Below, one piece after another: positions 11,322-17,595 of a DNA stretch of 32,000 nucleotides. The stretch covers positions 2,280,001 to 2,312,000 of the forward strand of contig OW818675.1 of NCBI GenBank assembly GCA_942493095.1, given 5' to 3'. This stretch comes from Candidatus Electronema halotolerans. Lineage in GTDB: Bacteria > Desulfobacterota > Desulfobulbia > Desulfobulbales > Desulfobulbaceae. Position 1 is the stretch's first letter; each line of letters opens with the position of its first letter. A program made the translations under genes and the position numbers. A model generated the notes under the pieces. That model was not told the origin of the DNA. It made no database searches and worked only from the letters and a program-made list of their open reading frames with translations.

Positions 11322-11382
11322 GCCAAACCTCCATAAAACTGCTGGTATTGATAAATTGCTTATTCTGGTTCATCTGCAACGC

Positions 11383-11411
11383 AGGATAGAAAGCCCTGCG
11401 GCGCAAGTCAA
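11383..11411 (-). promoter_or_regulatory. Candidate qmoA promoter
   Basis: The minus-strand sense reads TTGACT-17 nt-TATCCT, about 60 nt upstream of the qmoA ATG. This rests on a motif match only. Confidence 0.3.
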
Positions 11412-11435
11412 ACAAAATAAGACGGCCTTGCCGTC
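11408..11435 (-). terminator. Intrinsic terminator downstream of the AT-rich islet
   Basis: The minus-strand sense reads GACGGCAAGGCCGTC followed by TTATTTTGTTTG. Confidence 0.45.
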
Positions 11436-11442
11436 AGAACAT

Positions 11443-11472
11443 AACCTGAGTTCTTTAGGTCGAACTCAGGTT
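11443..11472. repeat. 11-bp perfect hairpin at the qmoA-proximal edge of the islet. It contains one copy of the boundary repeat.
   Basis: The sequence is AACCTGAGTTC-tttaggtc-GAACTCAGGTT. The 14-mer GTCGAACTCAGGTT (11459-11472) recurs inverted at 12776-12789 with a 13/14 match. Confidence 0.6.
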
Positions 11473-11494
11473 AGTGTAACATCAAAATTAATGT

Positions 11495-11818
11495 TCAAGA
11501 AATAGATACCTCGTCAATAGCTTTCCTTACTCTCTTTCTGTTAATTCCAGCAGCCCCATTATAGCATGAACATGCGCATCCTATGTTAAAAATAGGCATA
11601 GAAAAAAAGAGTGGCCAAAAAATTGCACTTAAAAAGAAAAAAAGAATCCAGAAAAAAGTAATAAAAATTGCTCCAATAATCTGCCCCACATATAGGTAAC
11701 CAATAAGAGGAAAGAAAAAACCTAAAAAAACAGCAAGTGCCGGAGATTTTAGTTTTAAACCTTCAATCGCAAGCTGTTCCTCTAAAGCGTACTCATCAGC
11801 TAAAAATTTCTTCTTCAT
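11495..11818 (-). CDS. Hypothetical small integral membrane protein (107 aa, islet gene C)
   Basis: An AAGGAGA SD sits 6 nt before the ATG. A short amphipathic N-terminus is followed by a Phe/Ile-rich hydrophobic block (about 3 helices) and a basic tail (NRKRVRKAIDE). I recognise no enzymatic motif. Codons end strongly in A/T. Confidence 0.7.
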   Translation of the reverse strand: MKKKFLADEYALEEQLAIEGLKLKSPALAVFLGFFFPLIGYLYVGQIIGAIFITFFWILFFFLSAIFWPLFFSMPIFNIGCACSCYNGAAGINRKRVRKAIDEVSIS

Positions 11819-11865
11819 TCCCTATCTCCTTTTTACACAAATACTTATCTTGTATCACAATCACA

Positions 11866-12114
11866 CTACTTATTCCATAGCAAAGTCAAAAAAGCTGCTG
11901 CTATTGTACCAAATGCAATAATTATAGCAGGAAGTATAAATGATGAAAACACTTTGTTGTTCTTGTCCTCATTCAAATCTTCCTTTTCATGACAAGGAGT
12001 CTCAGGATAACAACTGTTATCCATAGAGTTTTCTTGGTTACCATGATAATCTCCTGTGCTAACGTTATTCATGCTCCCATGATAATTCTTAACAGATCTA
12101 TCGTGAATATTCAT
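11866..12114 (-). CDS. Hypothetical tail-anchored membrane protein (82 aa, islet gene B)
   Basis: The ATG overlaps the gene A stop as ATGA. The N-terminus carries the DRSVKNYHGSMNNVSTG motif, followed by an acidic linker and a single C-terminal TM helix (FILPAIIIAFGTIAAAFLTLLW). Confidence 0.65.
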   Translation of the reverse strand: MNIHDRSVKNYHGSMNNVSTGDYHGNQENSMDNSCYPETPCHEKEDLNEDKNNKVFSSFILPAIIIAFGTIAAAFLTLLWNK

Positions 12115-12701
12115 ACCGAGCCTTCCTGTTTTTCGTCTTTATTATTAAATTGATTTTGAACTTTATTACCCGTTCCAACGTTATTCATACTCCCTCCATA
12201 ATTTTTTACAGAGCGATCTTCAAAATTTTCTATAGATTGTTTCTCAATATTAATAAGCACGCTACCTACTCTCCCAGACTCAATGTATTCTGTTACAGAA
12301 TTCATTATTTTTCCTATAAATTCAATATCTCCTGAATAAGCATAAACAACTGATCCAGAATTCATTTCAAAACCAAAGGCATATTTCCGGGGAATAAATC
12401 GTTTTGTAATACCATAGATAGCAACGCCTAAAGGAATAATGCCCAAAATAACTGCCCAAGCATCTCCTGTCGAAAATAGGGCTAACCCAATAAGTGATAA
12501 TAAAACAATCAAAAATATTGGAAATTTTTCTTCTAAAAGCTTGTATTGACCAACACGACTCAAATTATTTATTGGAAAAATTTCTGAACCAAAGTGTATG
12601 CTATAAGGAGTGAGTTCAAGCACCCGAGACTTTGAATGCAGAGGTACTTGTTTATAACGTCCATAATTTCCTAAAAAATCATTTATTGACAAGTAAGCCA
12701 T
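12111..12701 (-). CDS. Hypothetical two-TM membrane protein (196 aa, islet gene A)
   Basis: ATG at 12701 has a GGAGA SD 5 nt upstream; the track ORF starts at a TTG 12 nt earlier. The layout is a soluble N-domain of about 60 aa, a TM hairpin (FPIFLIVLLSLIGLALF / WAVILGIIPLGVAIYGI), a beta-rich C-domain, and a tail with DRSVKNYGGSMNNVGTG. From memory this resembles DUF6232-type proteins; I have not verified that. Confidence 0.7.
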   Translation of the reverse strand: MAYLSINDFLGNYGRYKQVPLHSKSRVLELTPYSIHFGSEIFPINNLSRVGQYKLLEEKFPIFLIVLLSLIGLALFSTGDAWAVILGIIPLGVAIYGITKRFIPRKYAFGFEMNSGSVVYAYSGDIEFIGKIMNSVTEYIESGRVGSVLINIEKQSIENFEDRSVKNYGGSMNNVGTGNKVQNQFNNKDEKQEGSV

Positions 12702-12775
12702 ATTTTTCTCCAAAGCAAGAAACTATAGAATACACCAACTAAGAAAAAACAGAAAAGGAGGAGCAAGGGAGGAGC

Positions 12776-12789
12776 AACCTTAGTTCGAC
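12776..12789. repeat. aprA-proximal copy of the islet boundary repeat
   Basis: AACCTTAGTTCGAC is the reverse complement of GTCGAACTAAGGTT. It differs at one position from 11459-11472. Confidence 0.45.
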
Positions 12790-12840
12790 GTAATGAGATA
12801 GGCAGCTACCTATCTTACAATACTCTGACAAACTTATTGA

Positions 12841-12879
12841 CATAAAATTTCCAGACCCCGCTAACGAGGTCTGGAAATT
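12841..12879 (-). terminator. Intrinsic terminator after aprA
   Basis: A 12-bp perfect stem AATTTCCAGACC/GGTCTGGAAATT with a 10-nt loop runs into TTTTAT on the minus-strand sense. It lies about 75 nt after the aprA stop. Confidence 0.55.
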
Positions 12880-12951
12880 CTTACTGATAAAACTGCGCAG
12901 ACCGCTATGCTGAACAGAGGCTGCAATCAGCCCTGTCCGCAGCCGCTTGGA

Positions 12952-14967
12952 TTAGATCCACGGCTCGGTCTCAACGATGTTGATGCACTCAACCTTCTCG
13001 CACTTCCACTCTTTGGTTGCAGGATCAAAAGTGGAATTGACGAAAGCCTTCCAGTTCTCGTCATCAACTGTCGGGTAATCAGAGCGGTAGTAGAAGCCCG
13101 GATAACGGGATTCCTGACGGAACTCAATGTGACGGATGTGGGTCTCTACACACCAAATGCGGTGATAGTTCTCCCAAGCACGCATCAGCTCATGCAGGTC
13201 GCCCGCAGCCATCTTCTCGGCATCCTCACGCAGCATGCGGAGGAGGTCGAGGCAGATGTTGAGCATCTTGCCGGAGGTCATGTAGTAGGTGGCCACGCCG
13301 CCGCCATACTCATCGGTGGCCTTCATCAGGCGCATCATCAGACCATGCGGCTTGCAGTAGTTGGGGTTGACATCCTGATGGGTGGACGCACCAACATGCT
13401 CCAGATAACGGGTCACTGGAGCGTAGATCTCAGCGGCCAGCTCCTGAGCGGTCTGAGCCAGCTCAGGTTTGAAGTCAGCATGGTCACGGCAATACTTGAC
13501 CAACTGCTTGCCAACGATGCGGCCTTCGGTGTGCGAACCAGAAGAGAACTTGTGACCAGATGCGCCCACGCCGTCGCCAGCAGTGAACAGACCATCAACA
13601 GTGGTCATGCGGTTGTAGCCCCACTTGTACTGATGCGAACGCGGACCGTCAACAGTCGGGACCCAGTCCTCAGCCGGACCAGAAGTCCAGATGCCGCAGC
13701 AGCCAGAGTGAGAACCGAGCATGTACGGTTCGGTCGGCATGATCTCGGAACCGATTTTCTCCGGCTCAATGTTCATGCCCGCCCAGAGGCCAGCCTGGCC
13801 AATGGACATATCCAAGAAGTCTTCCCAAGCCTCAGACTCCAGATGCTTCCAGAACTTCTTCACTTCCTTCTCGTCTTTGCCAGCAGCGCGCATGTCATCA
13901 AGGAAGGAGTTCAAAGCGACATCAGTGGCCATGTAAACCGGGCCGCGTCCTTCTTTGAACTCGTTGACCATCAGATGGTTGCGCAGACAGGTCGGAGTGA
14001 CAGCAGAAGCACCATAAGGCATGAACTTCTTCAGCTCTTCTTTAGCCGCATCGCCCATAGCATAGAACTCGCCATTGCCGTTGGACACTTTAGCCTTGAA
14101 CAGAAGGAACCATGCGCCAACCGGGCCGTAACCGTCTTTGAAACGGGCCGGGGTGAAGCGGTTTTCCATCATGGTCAGGGTGGCGCCAACCTGAGCGCAC
14201 ATGGTGTAGGTGGAACCTGCATTCCAGACCGGATACCAAGCCCGGCCCTTGCCCTCACCAGTGGAGCGCGGACGGAAGATGTTGACTGCGCCGCCGCAAG
14301 CAACCATTGCTGTCTTGCATTTGAAAACATGCACTTTGTTCTCACGAACAGAGAAACCTACTGCACCAGCAATCTGGTTCGGCACGTTCTTGTCAAGCAG
14401 CATCTTGACGATGAAAACGCGCTCCATGATGTTTTCTTCGCCCAGAGCCTTCTTGGCAGCTTCAGCAACGATGCACTTGTAGGACTCACCGTTGATCATG
14501 ATCTGCCATTTGCCGGTGCGAACCGGCTTGCCGCCCTCACGCAGGGTCGGAGCAGGCTTGGAGCCGTCCAGGTTGGAGCCGTCCTCAGCCTTCTTCCAGA
14601 TCGGCAGGCCCCACTCCTCAAACAGCTTGACAGACTCATCCACGTGACGGCCCAGATCGTAGATCAGATCCTCGCGGACAACGCCCATCAGGTCGTTGCG
14701 GACCATCTTGACGTAGTTCTCGATCTCGTTCTCGCCGATATAGGTGTTGATCGCGGACAGGCCCTGTGCAACTGCGCCGGAACGCATCATGGCAGCCTTG
14801 TCAACCAGCATGATCTTCAGGTCAGCAGGTGCCCACTTCTTGATCTCAAAGGCTGCGCCGCAGGCAGACATGCCGCCGCCGACGATCAGCACGTCAGTTT
14901 CATGCTCGACAATCTCAGGATTGGCAACCGCAGGCAGCTCGCCTTTCGGCTTGTTAGGTAAAGCCAT
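12952..14967 (-). CDS. aprA: Adenylylsulfate (APS) reductase alpha subunit
   Basis: The 671-aa ORF has a DVLIVGGGMSACGAAFE FAD motif and flavoprotein length. It lies directly downstream of aprB. Confidence 0.97.
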   Translation of the reverse strand: MALPNKPKGELPAVANPEIVEHETDVLIVGGGMSACGAAFEIKKWAPADLKIMLVDKAAMMRSGAVAQGLSAINTYIGENEIENYVKMVRNDLMGVVREDLIYDLGRHVDESVKLFEEWGLPIWKKAEDGSNLDGSKPAPTLREGGKPVRTGKWQIMINGESYKCIVAEAAKKALGEENIMERVFIVKMLLDKNVPNQIAGAVGFSVRENKVHVFKCKTAMVACGGAVNIFRPRSTGEGKGRAWYPVWNAGSTYTMCAQVGATLTMMENRFTPARFKDGYGPVGAWFLLFKAKVSNGNGEFYAMGDAAKEELKKFMPYGASAVTPTCLRNHLMVNEFKEGRGPVYMATDVALNSFLDDMRAAGKDEKEVKKFWKHLESEAWEDFLDMSIGQAGLWAGMNIEPEKIGSEIMPTEPYMLGSHSGCCGIWTSGPAEDWVPTVDGPRSHQYKWGYNRMTTVDGLFTAGDGVGASGHKFSSGSHTEGRIVGKQLVKYCRDHADFKPELAQTAQELAAEIYAPVTRYLEHVGASTHQDVNPNYCKPHGLMMRLMKATDEYGGGVATYYMTSGKMLNICLDLLRMLREDAEKMAAGDLHELMRAWENYHRIWCVETHIRHIEFRQESRYPGFYYRSDYPTVDDENWKAFVNSTFDPATKEWKCEKVECINIVETEPWI

Positions 14968-15009
14968 ATCGATATCTCCTTTAAGCTGTTCAGATTCTAT
15001 GAAAAGCGA

Positions 15010-15438
15010 TTATTTCATGACCATAGTCGGGGTCTTCAGTGCAGTCTCCATAGCCAAGCATTCGTCATCAAGGTTTGTGCCCTTGGTGTCCTCATAGGCG
15101 TTGGCTGCGCCCTCAGCAGTGGTGCGGATCGGGAACTTGAAGCGCTTGATGTTGCCGTTGCGGAATTTGATGGTCCACATGATGGAGTCAGAAGAGCGCA
15201 TCGGATGCACCTGGCCGCCCATCGGGACAAAGTCATCATAACCGCGCACAGCGATGGCGCCCTGCGGGCATATCTTGACGCAGGAGTAGCACTCCCAGCA
15301 GGCATCCGGCTCCTGATTGTAGGCCTTCATCGCCTCAACATTGAGAACCATCAGGTCGTTGGGGCAGATGTACATGCAGGCGGTCTTATCGCCGCCCTTG
15401 CAACCATCACATTTTTCTGGATTGACGAAACTTGGCAT
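15010..15438 (-). CDS. aprB: Adenylylsulfate reductase beta subunit (2x[4Fe-4S])
   Basis: The 142-aa ORF reads MPSFVNPEKCDGCKGGDKTACMYICPNDLM...CWECYSCVKICPQGAI. Confidence 0.97.
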   Translation of the reverse strand: MPSFVNPEKCDGCKGGDKTACMYICPNDLMVLNVEAMKAYNQEPDACWECYSCVKICPQGAIAVRGYDDFVPMGGQVHPMRSSDSIMWTIKFRNGNIKRFKFPIRTTAEGAANAYEDTKGTNLDDECLAMETALKTPTMVMK

Positions 15439-15568
15439 CGTAAATACCTCCTATTGGATTTTCCTGATGGCGGCGCGGAAGGCCGCCATATATGTTTGCC
15501 TGATTTTCTGTTATGGTCGAAAACGGCGGCGCGGAGTCTGTCCGCAGCAAAGCCGTCAAGTGAATCAT

Positions 15569-15597
15569 TTAATAATTGGTTGCGAGCACAATGTCAA
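15569..15597 (-). promoter_or_regulatory. Candidate aprBA promoter
   Basis: The minus-strand sense reads TTGACA-17 nt-TATTAA, about 130 nt upstream of the aprB ATG. The leader contains an ATGGCGGC/GCCGCCAT hairpin. Confidence 0.35.
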
Positions 15598-15700
15598 GAA
15601 AAATCGTCTCAAAACACACTGGGATGCAGCACATTTTTTCATCAGAAAAATTCATGAGGCCCATCAGGGAAACAACTCTCTGAAAACAGGCGGCTGCGGA

Positions 15701-16189
15701 TCAGCCGCCGCAGTCGGTCATATCGCCTTTCATTTTGCCGATGCCATGTTCCAAGGCAGGCAGAATGGCCTCCAGATTTTCCTGCGCCGCCTTGGCACTG
15801 CCTGGCAGGTTGATGATCAGCGTTTGGCCGCGCATGCCGGCAATGCCCCGCGACCAGACCGCCTGAATGGTCTTGGCCAAGCTGGCCTGGCGCATGGCCT
15901 CGGCCAAGCCGGGCACTTCCCGCTCAATCACCCGGCGGGTGGCTTCCGGGGTGCGGTCAGACGGGGAAACCCCAGTGCCGCCAGTGGTGACGATCAAATC
16001 AAGCTGTTTGCTGTCCGCCCAATCTGTCAACGTGGCAACGATCAGCTCTTCTTGATCCGGCAGGATTGTATAAGCCGTAATTGTGAAGCCCTGCCCTGCC
16101 AAAATTTCTTGCAGCAGCAGGCCGGAACCATCTTCCCGCTGGCCATGAAAACCTTTGTCGCTGAGGGTGAGCACGCCGCAGGTCAGCAT
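15701..16189 (-). CDS. mog: MogA/MoaB-family molybdenum cofactor biosynthesis protein (molybdopterin adenylyltransferase-like)
   Basis: The 162-aa ORF carries LSDKG, TTGGTG.SPSD.TPEA and PG..EAMRQ.SL motifs. Its start overlaps the tatC stop. Confidence 0.82.
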   Translation of the reverse strand: MLTCGVLTLSDKGFHGQREDGSGLLLQEILAGQGFTITAYTILPDQEELIVATLTDWADSKQLDLIVTTGGTGVSPSDRTPEATRRVIEREVPGLAEAMRQASLAKTIQAVWSRGIAGMRGQTLIINLPGSAKAAQENLEAILPALEHGIGKMKGDMTDCGG

Positions 16190-16947
16190 TGGCTCTCCTC
16201 TGAGCGGGCCAGCGGCTTTTTGACAAAAAATCGCACTGCAACAATGCTGATCTCGTACAAAACCAGCAGCGGCCCGGCCATGATGAACTGATTGACCGGA
16301 TCAGGGGTCGGAGTGACTATGGCCGCGACAATAAAGGCGATCAGCACCGCATATTTGCGATGTTTGGCTAAAAAAGGCGCGTTGACGAGGCCGAGCTTGG
16401 CAAAGAAAACCATGAAGACCGGCAGCTCAAAAATAATCCCAAAGGCAAAGAGGAGAAACAGGGCTAAGGAAAAATACTCGCTGACCGCAGGCATGGGTTC
16501 GAGGAACTCATTGGAATAGCCGAGGAGAAAACGGAAAGCTGGCGGAAAAACGATAAAATAACCAAAGGCTGCGCCGCCGATAAAACAGCAGCTCGATACG
16601 GCGGTAAAGGGCAGCATCATTTTTTTTTCGTGCTGATACAGACCTGGAGCGACAAAACGCCAGATTTGCAGGAGGATGACCGGGCTGGCCAAAAAAATGC
16701 CCGCAGCCAAGGCTAATTTCAGGTAAAAAAAGAAGCCTTCCTGATAGGAGATGAAAATCAGGTGGCTGTCCTTGGCCATGACCTTGATCAAGGGGGCGAA
16801 AAACCAGTCCGCCACTGGCTCGATAAAGGCATACGCTGCCGCAAAGCCGACAGCGACAGCGGCCAAGGAGATCAGAATGCAGGAGCGCAGCTCGGCCAAA
16901 TGCTCGGTCAGCGGCTGCTGAGTCAGGGTTTCATTGCGCATGATCAA
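16183..16947 (-). CDS. tatC: Sec-independent (Tat) protein translocase subunit TatC
   Basis: The 254-aa ORF has an LTEHLAELR N-terminal motif and six hydrophobic helices. Confidence 0.93.
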   Translation of the reverse strand: MIMRNETLTQQPLTEHLAELRSCILISLAAVAVGFAAAYAFIEPVADWFFAPLIKVMAKDSHLIFISYQEGFFFYLKLALAAGIFLASPVILLQIWRFVAPGLYQHEKKMMLPFTAVSSCCFIGGAAFGYFIVFPPAFRFLLGYSNEFLEPMPAVSEYFSLALFLLFAFGIIFELPVFMVFFAKLGLVNAPFLAKHRKYAVLIAFIVAAIVTPTPDPVNQFIMAGPLLVLYEISIVAVRFFVKKPLARSEESQC

Positions 16948-16955
16948 CAGCCGCC

Positions 16956-16984
16956 AAGATACCCTGTTTGCCGCAGTCTGTCAA
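16956..16984 (-). promoter_or_regulatory. Candidate tatC-mog promoter
   Basis: The minus-strand sense reads TTGACA-17 nt-TATCTT. The -10 element ends only 8 nt before the tatC ATG, implying a leaderless or near-leaderless mRNA. Confidence 0.3.
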
Positions 16985-17070
16985 ATAGCTTGGCAGGGAT
17001 GCTCAAGGAATGAGGTGATAAAATGGCAGCAGATGCAAAAGTGCCCTGAATGTCGAAAGGCGCTTTTCTG

Positions 17071-17595
17071 TCACTGCCGCCTGCTCCGCTCCTGCGCGGC
17101 TTTCAGGATTCTGAAGATTTCCCGGCTGTGGCGGGGATTGCGGCTGACGGCAAAAAGAAAGGCCAGCCGGGTCAGTTCCTGCGCATCAGCGAACGGCAGC
17201 TTGGCAGCAATTTCTGCGGCAGTATCAGATGACCAGGTCTCGCTGAAATCATCCTGCGTTTCCTTGGCCGCAATCGCCTCTTCGATCAAGGCATCACGCA
17301 GATGCTCTATTTCGTGCTGCTGCTTTTTTTTCAGCAGAGATGCTCCCTTGCGCTCCGAAAGAAACTGATACAGGGCATCTGCGGAATCCTCTTCCCGCAG
17401 CAGCTTGGTGATATGCTTGATCAGGCGGCGGCGGGCACTGTCCCGGCCCAAGGCGGCAGCCTCCAAGAGCAGGACGCGCAGCTCCTCATCCGTTGGCAGC
17501 TGATTGATCAACGCGGGTGGCAGGGCAGCCAAGGCTTCCACTAGCTCCTCCAGCCGCTTGATCCGTCGTTTCTGCTCAGACCTGCTCAGTTCCAT
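17071..17595 (-). CDS. yjgA: YjgA/DarP (DUF615) ribosome-associated protein
   Basis: The 174-aa helical protein has SRSEQKRRIKRLEEL...ARRRLIKHITKLLRE...HSREIFRILK. This is collinear with my recollection of E. coli YjgA (SKSEIKRDAEELK...GRRRQLQLIGKMLR...SARQIFQYLRE). Confidence 0.75.
   Translation of the reverse strand: MELSRSEQKRRIKRLEELVEALAALPPALINQLPTDEELRVLLLEAAALGRDSARRRLIKHITKLLREEDSADALYQFLSERKGASLLKKKQQHEIEHLRDALIEEAIAAKETQDDFSETWSSDTAAEIAAKLPFADAQELTRLAFLFAVSRNPRHSREIFRILKAAQERSRRQ

Noticed and set aside
12743-12847. A 34-codon minus-strand ORF (MSISLSEYCKIGSC...) in the aprA-to-gene A spacer
   Set aside because: Its ATG sits in the U-tract of the aprA terminator with no SD, and the ORF runs through the boundary repeat and CUCC tracts. 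It is more likely non-coding leader.
12907-14961. A 684-aa ORF on the plus strand
   Set aside because: It is the antisense shadow of aprA in GC-rich DNA. The translation is low-complexity (Ala/Arg/Leu/Val-rich) with no motifs, whereas the minus-strand frame is an unmistakable AprA.
6472-15438. Possible selenocysteine or other recoding in the HdrA-like Qmo subunits or Apr
   Set aside because: All five ORFs are uninterrupted, with no in-frame TGA and no frame breaks, so nothing suggests recoding here.
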